A DNA stretch of 62,912 nucleotides, the filler included. It is 5 parts of 5 records of this genome, joined end to end, with 100 filler letters (N's around TTAATTAATTAA, not from the genome) between each part and the next. Parts side by side here need not be neighbours in the genome. Positions count along the whole stretch, not along the records: positions 9,575 to 21,684 come from SRR22947725_1891; 4 more parts are not named here. The stretch is one strand, 5' to 3'. The notes below the pieces were generated by a model. That model saw only the letters and a list, made by a program, of their open reading frames with translations. It ran no database searches and was not told where the DNA came from. Positions 9,575 through 18,739 of the stretch are shown piece after piece (positions within the stretch are counted from its first letter, which is position 1; each line of letters starts with the position of its first letter). Position numbers and translations under genes: made by a program.

Positions 9575-9642
9575 TGGTAGACACGCTAGCTTGAGGGGTT
9601 AGTGGAGGAAACTCTGTGTGGGTTCAAGTCCCGCCTTCGGCA
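9575..9642 (+). tRNA. tRNA-Leu(GAG), 5' truncated
   Basis: TGGTAGACAC D-loop, anticodon arm CTAGC-TTGAGGG-GTTAG, long variable arm, GGTTCAAGTCC T-loop. Confidence 0.9.
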
Positions 9643-9724
9643 CAAAAATAACATTTAGTATTTTTTTAAAAGATTTATAGATTACGTGATAATTAAAAAA
9701 AATGAATACTTTAAAGGCGGAACA

Positions 9725-10930
9725 ATGAAAAACATTATTTTTATCTTATTATTTTCAACAACTTTATTTGCTCAAACATCAGCTTCAGCTTTATATGAAG
9801 AATCTCAGAAAGCTCTATCTTCGGGTAATTTGGAGTTAGCTGGAGAAAAAGTTAAAGCAGCTATTGATTTAGACAAAACAAATGACTCTTTCAGAAAGGA
9901 GTTTGATCGTTTAAATGGTTTAAGAAATAAAATGATTAATGCAAATAGATCCGTTCAAGATGGCAGATTTGATGACGCCATATCTGGATTTTCTGATGTT
10001 ATAGCTAATGTTCCTAATTCAGTTGAGGCATACTATGGAACAGCCAAAGCTTATGAAGGAAAGAAAGATTTTACGTCAGCTGTAAAATATTATAAACAAT
10101 CACTATCAATAGACCCAAATTATAAAAAGTCAAAAATATCAATATCTAATGTAGCCAAAAAGCTATACAACAGCGCAAACAGAGATTATAAAAATGGAAA
10201 TCTTGAGTCTGCTTTATCAAAATATGAACAAGTGTTAGGAATCAATAGTAGGTTGTATCAAGCGTACTTTCAAATGGGAGTTTTGCAAAAAAAGATGGGT
10301 AATTTATCTTTAGCTATTCAAAACTATCAAAGTGCTTTAGGTATTAAAAAAACATTTGATAAGGGGTGGTATAATCTAGGTTTAGCATACAAAGAAAATG
10401 GAGATATAGAGAATGCAAAAGAATCTTTTGCCGAGACTGTTAGGCTTAATAAGAAATATTATAAAGCTCACAAAAGTTTAGGTGAAATCTTTATTGATTT
10501 AGAAAAATATGAAGATGCAATTTTAAGCTTTAAAACAGCAATTGATATTAAACCTAGCTATGGAGCAGCATATCATGCTATGGGTATTACATATGCTAAA
10601 TTAGAAGACTATAATAGATCAGCAGAGTCTTTAAATAAGGCTGTGGAGTTACAGCCTAAAGAGTTTTTATCTTGGTTTCACTTAGCTGAGGCACATAATA
10701 AATTAAATGACTGCGAAGCTGCTAAAGAAGCAGCATTAGAAGCAATTGATCTTAAAAAGAACTTTGGTGGCGGTTGGTTTGAGTTAGGTATTGCTGAATA
10801 TTGCGGTGGAAAAGGAAATAAAAATACGTCTATTAATCATTTTGAAAAAGCTAGAAATGACAGAGAGTGGAGAAAGATGGCGGAATACGAAATTGATCGT
10901 GTTAGAAATCCTGAGAAGTATGAGGGATGA
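9725..10930 (+). CDS. secreted tetratricopeptide-repeat protein
   Basis: Signal-peptide-like MKNIIFILLFSTTLFA from ATG 9725; many TPR units (AYYG, WYNLGLAY, AHKSLG, WFHLA). Confidence 0.85.
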   Translation: MKNIIFILLFSTTLFAQTSASALYEESQKALSSGNLELAGEKVKAAIDLDKTNDSFRKEFDRLNGLRNKMINANRSVQDGRFDDAISGFSDVIANVPNSVEAYYGTAKAYEGKKDFTSAVKYYKQSLSIDPNYKKSKISISNVAKKLYNSANRDYKNGNLESALSKYEQVLGINSRLYQAYFQMGVLQKKMGNLSLAIQNYQSALGIKKTFDKGWYNLGLAYKENGDIENAKESFAETVRLNKKYYKAHKSLGEIFIDLEKYEDAILSFKTAIDIKPSYGAAYHAMGITYAKLEDYNRSAESLNKAVELQPKEFLSWFHLAEAHNKLNDCEAAKEAALEAIDLKKNFGGGWFELGIAEYCGGKGNKNTSINHFEKARNDREWRKMAEYEIDRVRNPEKYEG

Positions 10931-11610
10931 TTAAGGCAGTTATTTTTGACCTAGATAACACTCTTCTAGACTTTGTAAAAATGAAAAAAGAAGCTGTGAT
11001 GAGCGCTATCTCATCCATGAGAGAAGCTGGCTTAGATCTTGATATAGATACGTCCTATAAGGAAATAATGAAAATATATGAAGCTGATGGATGGGAAAAT
11101 CAGGTAGTTTTCGATAAATTCTTAAAAAATAAAATTGGCTATGTTGACAATAAATATTTAGCAGCAGGAATTGTAGCTTACAGAAGAGCAAAAGAAGCTA
11201 ATTTGAAGGCATATCCAAACGTTCAAAAAACATTAAATCACTTATTAAAAAATGGTATTAAGCTAGCTATCGTTTCAGATGCTCCCAGTAGAGAGGCTTG
11301 GATGAGAATTTATTATCTTAATCTCCATCATTCTTTTGATACAGTAGTTACATTCGATGATTCACGAGAAAGAAAACCTTCTCCAAAACCATTTAAGTTA
11401 GCACTTGAAAGATTGAATTTATCGAAAGATGAAGTATTGATGGTAGGAGATTGGCCTGAAAGAGATATGGTTGGAGCAAATAGTATGGGCATAAAAACTA
11501 TTTTTGCAAAATACGGAGATGCTTTTGGAGTAAAGGACTCTGGTGCAAATTGGGACATTGAAGATATTTCTGAAGTTATTGATATTATAGATGAGGTTAA
11601 TAATGCTTAA
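10927..11610 (+). CDS. HAD-superfamily (subfamily IA) hydrolase
   Basis: FDLDNTL motif I, VSD, KPSP, VGDWPERD motifs. Confidence 0.9.
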   Translation: MIKAVIFDLDNTLLDFVKMKKEAVMSAISSMREAGLDLDIDTSYKEIMKIYEADGWENQVVFDKFLKNKIGYVDNKYLAAGIVAYRRAKEANLKAYPNVQKTLNHLLKNGIKLAIVSDAPSREAWMRIYYLNLHHSFDTVVTFDDSRERKPSPKPFKLALERLNLSKDEVLMVGDWPERDMVGANSMGIKTIFAKYGDAFGVKDSGANWDIEDISEVIDIIDEVNNA

Positions 11611-11953
11611 TCTAGGTGTTGATATTGTAGCAATTGATCGTATTCAATCTATTTTAAGCTCTGATAGGGGATTAAGATTTATGAATAAAATATTTTCTGA
11701 GCAAGAAATTGCTGAGTCAGAAAATAAAGGAGATAAATCACAATATTTTTCTGGAAGATTTGCAGCCAAAGAAGCAATAAAAAAAGCATTATCCTCTTAC
11801 GATTCTGCAACTAGACAATCTTTTAAATCCATACAAATTTTAAACAGTAAAAGTGGAAAGCCTTATGTTTTAAGTCAGTCTTGTCAAGATATTAATATCT
11901 CGATATCACATGACGGGAACTACGCTTTGGCTTTTTGCGTAATAGATAAATAG
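11603..11953 (+). CDS. acpS: holo-ACP synthase
   Basis: GVDIV, GRFAAKEA, GKP, SISHD; GAGG upstream of ATG 11603. Confidence 0.93.
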   Translation: MLNLGVDIVAIDRIQSILSSDRGLRFMNKIFSEQEIAESENKGDKSQYFSGRFAAKEAIKKALSSYDSATRQSFKSIQILNSKSGKPYVLSQSCQDINISISHDGNYALAFCVIDK

Positions 11954-11955
11954 TT

Positions 11956-13212
11956 ATGGACTATTTTGAAATAGAGGGAAAAAATCAGCTTTTTGGAGAT
12001 ATAACTGTTAGTGGTGCCAAAAATGCTGTATTACCTTTAATGGCAGCATCAATACTTAATGATAAGCCTTTAACTATTAGTAATGTACCAAAGTTGTCTG
12101 ACTCTATAACAATGGGCAATTTAATTGAAGAGATGGGGGGAAAAGTTAGTTTTGACCATTCCAACATTACTATTAATCCAAAAAATTTAAACACTCCTTA
12201 TGCTCCATATAAACTCGTAAAAACAATGAGAGCTTCTTTTTATGTACTTGGTCCATTGATTGCTAAGTTTGGTGAGGCTAAAGTCTCTTTGCCTGGAGGA
12301 TGTGCTTGGGGCCCTAGACCTGTTGATTTTCATATAGATGGCTTAAAAAAGCTGGGAGTAGAAATCACACTAGAAGCTGGGTATGTCATTGCAAAAACAA
12401 AAAAGATGATTGGTAATAAAATAGTATTTCCAAAAATTTCTGTTGGAGCAACTGGTAATGTTTTAATGGCAGCTGTCTTAGCAGAAGGTCAAACAGAGAT
12501 TCATAATGCAGCGGCAGAACCTGAAATTCAACAGCTATGTTTGTTGTTGAATGAAATGGGAGCAAAAATATCAGGCATTGGAACTAATATATTAACTATT
12601 CAAGGCGTAAAGACGTTAGGTGGAGTAGAAAGTATCGATGTTATACCAGATAGAATTGAAGCAGGTACTTTTCTTATAGCAGTGGCAGCAACAGGAGGAA
12701 AAGTGAAATTGAATAACGTAGAACCAAAGCACATGGAAAGCGTAATCAGTTTATTGCGAAAATCTAATATTGATATTTTAGAGGAAAAAGATTCAATTAT
12801 TATTACTTCAAATGGGTTAGACATCAAAGCTTGTGATATGGAAACGCACGAGTATCCAGGATTTCCAACAGATCTTCAGGCTCAGTGGATGCTTTTAATG
12901 AGTTTGGCTTCAGGAAATTCAACGATAAAAGAAAATATTTATTTTGACCGCTTTACGCATATTTTAGAGCTTAATAGGCTTGGATGTGACGTTCATCTTG
13001 AAGGGGGTAGTGCTACTATTAAAGGCAATAGAAGTCTTTTTGGTGCACATGTTATGTCAACAGATATTAGAGCATCAGCAGCTCTAATTATAGCAGCATT
13101 GTGCGCAGAAGGTTCTACTAACATTAGTAGAGTATATCATATTGACAGAGGATATGATAAAATTGAACAAAAATTAGCTAAGGTAGGAGCGAAAATAGCA
13201 CGTAAGAAATAA
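11956..13212 (+). CDS. murA: UDP-N-acetylglucosamine 1-carboxyvinyltransferase
   Basis: SGAKNA, MRAS, LPGGCAWGPRPVD (catalytic Cys), DRIEAGT, PGFPTD. Confidence 0.97.
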   Translation: MDYFEIEGKNQLFGDITVSGAKNAVLPLMAASILNDKPLTISNVPKLSDSITMGNLIEEMGGKVSFDHSNITINPKNLNTPYAPYKLVKTMRASFYVLGPLIAKFGEAKVSLPGGCAWGPRPVDFHIDGLKKLGVEITLEAGYVIAKTKKMIGNKIVFPKISVGATGNVLMAAVLAEGQTEIHNAAAEPEIQQLCLLLNEMGAKISGIGTNILTIQGVKTLGGVESIDVIPDRIEAGTFLIAVAATGGKVKLNNVEPKHMESVISLLRKSNIDILEEKDSIIITSNGLDIKACDMETHEYPGFPTDLQAQWMLLMSLASGNSTIKENIYFDRFTHILELNRLGCDVHLEGGSATIKGNRSLFGAHVMSTDIRASAALIIAALCAEGSTNISRVYHIDRGYDKIEQKLAKVGAKIARKK

Positions 13213-13263
13213 CCGAATTTGGGTTGTTTTTCTATGAATTCTTTATAGATTACTAGTCAAGTA

Positions 13264-14613
13264 ATGAGAATTGTAATTATTGGTGCGGGTGAAGTTGGTT
13301 TTCATGTTGCTAAGTCTCTTAGCGAGCTTGATTATGATATTGCAGTAGTAGATACCAATCATAAAAAATGTCAACGAGCAAATGAACATTTAGATGTTAT
13401 CGTTATAAAAGGTAATGGTTCTGATGAAAAAGTCCTTGAAAAAGCCAATGTTGCTGATGCTGATTATGTTTTTACTCTTACAGATTCAGACGAAACCAAT
13501 CTTATCTCATCAATGCAAGCACACAATTTAGGTGCGAAGAAAATTATAGCTCGCCTTCGAGATTTTGACTATAGTAAAAATGGACACTCTGTCATTCCTG
13601 AGAAATTTGGAATTGATATGGTTATACATCCAGAAGCCGCTGTTGCTCAAGAGATAATTCGATTAGTTAAACATCCCTACGCAGATAAATTTTATGAATT
13701 TGAGAATGGGAAAGCAGTATTATTTTCAAAGAAAATCAATCATAGATCTAATCTTGTTGGAAGCACAGTAGAAGATTTTCATAAAAAAAATACAGATTTT
13801 AAGTGTTTAGTAATTGCTATTATGAGGGATGAAAAAATGACCATTCCTTCATCATCATTTAAGTTTGAACCAGACGACTATGTATTCTTTTTTACAAAAT
13901 CAAAAAATTTAGATATGCTTTTAAGTTCTTTAGGTATTTCTTCTTCAAATTCTAAGAGAGTGATGGTAGCTGGTGCAAGCAAGATAGGGCGTTTAATTGC
14001 TCGACAATTAGAAGGTGAAATGTCTGTAAGATTGATTGACAATGCTAAGGAAAAAGCAGTTGCTGTAGCCAATGAATTAAATGATTCTATTGTTATTCAC
14101 TCTGATGCAACAGATGTTGAATTCTTAAAGGGCGAAAATATAAATGAAGTTGATTCATTTATAGCAGTTACAGAAGACCAACAACTTAATTTGTTAGCAG
14201 GTATTCTTGCTAAGCAACTAAAAGTGAAGCAATCTATTATACATGTTACCAATCCTGATTACGTAAAAAATATGTCAGACCTTGGAATGGGTTCAATTGT
14301 AAGTAAAAACACAGTAAGCGTTAACTCTATCATTAAAGCGATTAGAATTGACCATAAAGATAATGTAATTCAATTATTTAGTACTTTAGATATGGAAGCA
14401 ATAGAAATCGAAGCAGAAAAAAATTCTAAAGCAGTACGTCTTCCATTAGCTAATTTAAATATGCCTCATGGGAGTATTGTAGCTCTTGTCAATCACAACG
14501 GACATTTAACAATACCTGCTGGAGATTTTCAGGTTTTACCTAATGATACGGTACTAATATTTTGTATTCACTCAAAAGTAAATGAAGTGAACAAAATTTT
14601 TCAATCAGAATAA
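13264..14613 (+). CDS. trkA: Trk potassium uptake NAD-binding subunit (two RCK domains)
   Basis: GAGEVG plus a second degenerate nucleotide-binding motif, ~450 aa, adjacent to trkH. Confidence 0.92.
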   Translation: MRIVIIGAGEVGFHVAKSLSELDYDIAVVDTNHKKCQRANEHLDVIVIKGNGSDEKVLEKANVADADYVFTLTDSDETNLISSMQAHNLGAKKIIARLRDFDYSKNGHSVIPEKFGIDMVIHPEAAVAQEIIRLVKHPYADKFYEFENGKAVLFSKKINHRSNLVGSTVEDFHKKNTDFKCLVIAIMRDEKMTIPSSSFKFEPDDYVFFFTKSKNLDMLLSSLGISSSNSKRVMVAGASKIGRLIARQLEGEMSVRLIDNAKEKAVAVANELNDSIVIHSDATDVEFLKGENINEVDSFIAVTEDQQLNLLAGILAKQLKVKQSIIHVTNPDYVKNMSDLGMGSIVSKNTVSVNSIIKAIRIDHKDNVIQLFSTLDMEAIEIEAEKNSKAVRLPLANLNMPHGSIVALVNHNGHLTIPAGDFQVLPNDTVLIFCIHSKVNEVNKIFQSE

Positions 14614-16037
14614 TGAGCTTAAGGCCTACATTTAGATTTTTATCAATTTTGACAATGTTTTTGTCAATATTTTTACTCTTTCCTGCAGTAATTGATTTCA
14701 TAGATACTAAACAAACATATTTATTCAAAATAGCGGGAATTAGCTTTGCAACATGTATACCTATTTGGTACCTCTGTAGGAAGGCAACTTCTTTTTCAAA
14801 TAAAGATGTTTTCTTAGTTATTGTATTAAGTTGGATTATAGCATCTGTCTTTGGATCACTTCCATTCTATTATTCGGGATTTTTTAATATTTATACAAAT
14901 GCACTATTCGAAGCGGTTTCTGGCGTGACAACTACAGGAGCTACTATCTTAGATGATATTGAAAGCCTTCCAAAGAGTATATTATTTTGGAGAGCATTTC
15001 TACAGTGGATTGGAGGTTTAGGAATTGTTGTATTCACTATTGCACTATTACCTTTATTGGGTGTGTCTGGTGAGAAGCTCTTCAATGTAGAATATCCAGG
15101 ACCATCATCTGAAAAAATTACACCAAGAATTAAAGATACAGCACGACTATTACTTTCATTTTATGTAGGATTTACATTTTTAGAATTTACATTGCTATCA
15201 TATTCCATGCCTTTTTTTGACGCTATTTGTCATGCATTAACTACAATGCCAACCGGCGGATTTTCAACATTCAATGACAGTATTAATAGTCAAGGCGCGT
15301 ATGTAAAGTCTGTTATATTGTTATTTATGATTATTGGTGGAACAAACTTTGCCTTGCATTTTAGAGTTGTTAAAGCTGGGCCGAGAGCATATTTAAGAGA
15401 TAGAGAATTTTTGTATTATATAGGACTTATTGCTTTAGCATCGATCGCTATTTTATTTACCAGTAGCTGGTATAATGAAGGTTCCAACTATCTAGATACA
15501 ACATTCCAAGTTGTCGCTATACTTACTTCAACAGGCTATACTGCTACAGACTATAGTGTTTGGCAACCGTTTATAAAGCAATTCTTGTTATTTGGATTAA
15601 TGTTTGTTGGTGCCATGGGAGGATCAACTAGCGGAGGTATTAAGCTAATTAGAATTGTTGCTATTGTAAAATATGCTGGATCAGAATTAAAACGCTCATT
15701 GCATTCAAAAGCTATTATACCTATTCGCTTAGGTCAGAAGGTGATTCCCGATGAAGTAATTCGAAAAACTTTAGCATTCTTTTTATTTTATGTAGCATTC
15801 TTTTTTATAGCCTCCTTTTTATTTGTTATGCTTGGTGACGACCTTCAATCTTCATTAGGTGCAGCGGCATCAGGTATGGGGAATATTGGTCCATCTTGGG
15901 GGTCTTATGGAGCAATGAACAGTTATAGTTTAATGCCAATGATAAGTAAATATATTATGATGTTTTGTATGTTATTGGGTAGGCTAGAAATTTTTGCTGT
16001 CTTAGTGTTATTTACAAAGACATTCTGGAGATCATAA
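14613..16037 (+). CDS. trkH: Trk potassium uptake membrane subunit
   Basis: SGVTTTGAT, QWIGGLG, TGGF, GGSTSGGIK, NIGP, GRLE pore motifs. Confidence 0.93.
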   Translation: MSLRPTFRFLSILTMFLSIFLLFPAVIDFIDTKQTYLFKIAGISFATCIPIWYLCRKATSFSNKDVFLVIVLSWIIASVFGSLPFYYSGFFNIYTNALFEAVSGVTTTGATILDDIESLPKSILFWRAFLQWIGGLGIVVFTIALLPLLGVSGEKLFNVEYPGPSSEKITPRIKDTARLLLSFYVGFTFLEFTLLSYSMPFFDAICHALTTMPTGGFSTFNDSINSQGAYVKSVILLFMIIGGTNFALHFRVVKAGPRAYLRDREFLYYIGLIALASIAILFTSSWYNEGSNYLDTTFQVVAILTSTGYTATDYSVWQPFIKQFLLFGLMFVGAMGGSTSGGIKLIRIVAIVKYAGSELKRSLHSKAIIPIRLGQKVIPDEVIRKTLAFFLFYVAFFFIASFLFVMLGDDLQSSLGAAASGMGNIGPSWGSYGAMNSYSLMPMISKYIMMFCMLLGRLEIFAVLVLFTKTFWRS

Positions 16038-16065
16038 AATAGACTTACAGTCTAAAATTGCTGGT

Positions 16066-17637
16066 TTGCCTGCACTTCCTGGTATTTATCAATTTAAAGA
16101 TAAGAAGGATAAGATTATCTACATTGGTAAGGCAAAAGATCTTAAAAAGAGAGTTAAATCCTACTTTCAAAAAAAATCTTATCGATCACCAAAAGACCAG
16201 TCACTAATTAATAGAATTTTTGATTTTGAGTGGATAGTATGTGAGGATGAAGCAGATGCATTTATTACTGAAGCAACTCTTATTAAAAAGTTTAAACCTA
16301 AATATAATGTTCGCTTAAAAGATGACAAATCTTTTCCATATTTAAAGATTACAAATGAACAATTTCCTCAGATTGATATTACCCGAACTATTAAGAGCGA
16401 TAAGTCTCGCTATTTTGGACCATATACAGATGTAAAATCAATGCGAAGATTACTAGATGTTTTATATAGGGCATTTCCTATTCGCAATTGCTATATCGAA
16501 CTAGAAGATGGAACCATCATTAAAAAAGGACTGGGTATTCAAACAATCACAGAATCTGACTATCAAGGTATGATAGATGATATGATTTTATTTTTAAAAG
16601 GAGAAACTAAGACACTAGAAGTAAAATTAACAAAGCAGATGAAATATTTTTCATCAGAATTGATGTATGAAGATTCTGCAAGAGTAAGAGATCAAATTAA
16701 AGCAATCACTTCATTTAAAAGAGGTCAAAGAAAGCTAGAAGCTGATTTTACAAACAGAGATGTTGTTGGAGTGGAAAGTAAGGACAATCATCACGTAGTA
16801 GTAATTTTGCGTATTAGAGAAGGTAGAATATTAAGTAGAGAGAAGATTTCTGTAGATACTAATGACTCTATTGCTGAAATATTACGTTCTATAATTATTA
16901 ATTTTTATATGAATGCAGCTTATATCCCTAACAATATTTATTTGTCAGAACTCCCTATAGAATTTGAAGAGTTGAAAGAATGGTTATCTGAAAAAAATAG
17001 TCGTAAGGTAGAATTTACTGTTCCGCAGAGAGGAGTAAAGTATAAAGAATTAAGATTAGCAGGTAGGAATGCAAAGCTTCTTCTAAATGAATGGATGTTA
17101 AACTTAGAAAAACGCAAAGACTATATTCCAAAGCTACTTACAGAGCTTCAAGATATTTTAACTTTATCTAAACCGCCTCGCTTGATTGAAGCATTTGATA
17201 TTTCTCACTTAGGTGGAACAGACACGGTAGCATCAATGGTAGTATTTAAGGATGGTAAACCATTTAAGAGTGGATACAGGAAATATAATATCAGCATTGA
17301 TCAAATTGATGATTTTGAATCAATGAGAGAGGTGGTATTTCGTCGTTATAAAAGACAGCTTGATGAAGAAAATCCATTACCTGATTTGATTCTTATTGAT
17401 GGGGGTAAAGGGCAATTGTCCTCAGCAAAATTATCTTTAGATAAATTAAATCTAAACCTTCCAATTGTTGCTTTAGCTAAGAGGTTAGAAGAGTTATTTA
17501 TTCCGGGAGATTCAGAATCATTGAGGATTGCAAAAAGTTCTCCAGCGTTGAATCTTTTGAAACAGTTAAGAGATGAGGCGCATCGATTTGCTATTACTTT
17601 CCAGAGAAGCAAAAGAAAAAAGAGAATGTTTAAATAA
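16066..17637 (+). CDS. uvrC: excinuclease ABC subunit C, lacking the Cys cluster and C-terminal HhH domain (start possibly ATA 16039)
   Basis: GIY...YIGKA (GIY-YIG), UVR motif ARVRDQI, FDISH, LIDGGKGQ, RDEAHRFA. Confidence 0.93.
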   Translation: MPALPGIYQFKDKKDKIIYIGKAKDLKKRVKSYFQKKSYRSPKDQSLINRIFDFEWIVCEDEADAFITEATLIKKFKPKYNVRLKDDKSFPYLKITNEQFPQIDITRTIKSDKSRYFGPYTDVKSMRRLLDVLYRAFPIRNCYIELEDGTIIKKGLGIQTITESDYQGMIDDMILFLKGETKTLEVKLTKQMKYFSSELMYEDSARVRDQIKAITSFKRGQRKLEADFTNRDVVGVESKDNHHVVVILRIREGRILSREKISVDTNDSIAEILRSIIINFYMNAAYIPNNIYLSELPIEFEELKEWLSEKNSRKVEFTVPQRGVKYKELRLAGRNAKLLLNEWMLNLEKRKDYIPKLLTELQDILTLSKPPRLIEAFDISHLGGTDTVASMVVFKDGKPFKSGYRKYNISIDQIDDFESMREVVFRRYKRQLDEENPLPDLILIDGGKGQLSSAKLSLDKLNLNLPIVALAKRLEELFIPGDSESLRIAKSSPALNLLKQLRDEAHRFAITFQRSKRKKRMFK

Positions 17638-18586
17638 GGTCGTTTTCTTTCATCCAATCGTCACAAAGAAATTTTCTCATATAATTTCGAATACTATCAG
17701 GTAGTATTATTAAGCAATTTTGCCCTTTTTTCAGCTGTTTTGCTGCTTTTAAGGCTCCGAATGTTGCAGATCCACATGAACCTCCAATTAACAATCCTTC
17801 TTCGCTTATAAGGGCTCTTGCAGTACTGAATGCTTCCTTATCATTAACTTTCACAAATTTATCAACAACAGAAGGATCAAAAGTTTTTGGAATAAAATCA
17901 TAGCCAATACCCTCAACATGATAGGGAGAGCCTTTATATTCATCTTCTCCTCCTAAAATAGATCCATAGGGGTCAACACCTACAATTTGAATATCTGGAA
18001 TAGATTCTTTGAGGCGCTTTCCAACACCAGTAATAGTTCCACCGGTTCCAACGCCCATTACTACCATATCTAAATCTGTTCCAAAGTCATCTAATATTTC
18101 TTGAGAAGTATATTTATAGTGGGCTTCTGGATTGCATGGATTTTCCCATTGATCTAAAATATGACTATTAGGAATTTCTTCATTCAATTTTTTGGCAATA
18201 CCAAAATTACTATCATCTTCATCGTGTGAAGCTTCTGTTCTGGTGCGTATAATTTCTGCGCCTAAAGATTTAATAGTTAATTCTTTTTCCATACTCATCT
18301 TTTTTGGCATGCATATAATTAATCGATATCCTTTAACAGCAGCAGCAAGTGCAAGCCCAATACCTGTATTACCAGAAGTAGCTTCGATTAACGTATCGCC
18401 AGGTTTAATTCTTCCTGATTTTTCAGCACAATCAATCATATAAAATGCACTACGATCTTTAGTGGAGCCGCCAGGATTAAACATTTCAAGCTTTACATAG
18501 AGATTACAATCTAAATCTGAGCCAATTGAGTTAAGTTTTATGACCGGGGTAGATCCAATAGTTTCTAAAATACTGTTATAAATCAT
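17630..18586 (-). CDS. cystathionine beta-synthase-like PLP enzyme (catalytic core only)
   Basis: NPGGSTKDR, TSGNTGIG, MPKKMSMEK, GTGGT, VEGIGYDFIP, LPDSIRNYM: CBS-type rather than CysK-type motifs. Confidence 0.85.
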   Translation of the reverse strand: MIYNSILETIGSTPVIKLNSIGSDLDCNLYVKLEMFNPGGSTKDRSAFYMIDCAEKSGRIKPGDTLIEATSGNTGIGLALAAAVKGYRLIICMPKKMSMEKELTIKSLGAEIIRTRTEASHDEDDSNFGIAKKLNEEIPNSHILDQWENPCNPEAHYKYTSQEILDDFGTDLDMVVMGVGTGGTITGVGKRLKESIPDIQIVGVDPYGSILGGEDEYKGSPYHVEGIGYDFIPKTFDPSVVDKFVKVNDKEAFSTARALISEEGLLIGGSCGSATFGALKAAKQLKKGQNCLIILPDSIRNYMRKFLCDDWMKENDLI

Positions 18587-18739
18587 GCTCTAATATTAAA
18601 AAAAAAGGTGCAAAAAGCCGTGTCTTTTTTTAAAGAGAGTTAATTATATGAATGAATGACCATCTATTACATTGTTAAATGTTGTTCATTTTATTAAACT
18701 CATTTCATTAAAAATGTATAAAAAGGCGATATAAACTTT

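Noticed and set aside
9449..9642. tRNA halves flanking the gap as a split or intron-containing tRNA
   Set aside because: The halves belong to different tRNAs (non-matching acceptor stems and D arms) on different contigs joined by an artificial linker.
18633..18702. Tiny ORFs (MNE, MNDHLLHC) and an imperfect hairpin upstream of tldD as a RiPP precursor or riboswitch
   Set aside because: Too short, AT-rich with many mismatches, no recognisable RNA family and no modifying enzymes nearby.
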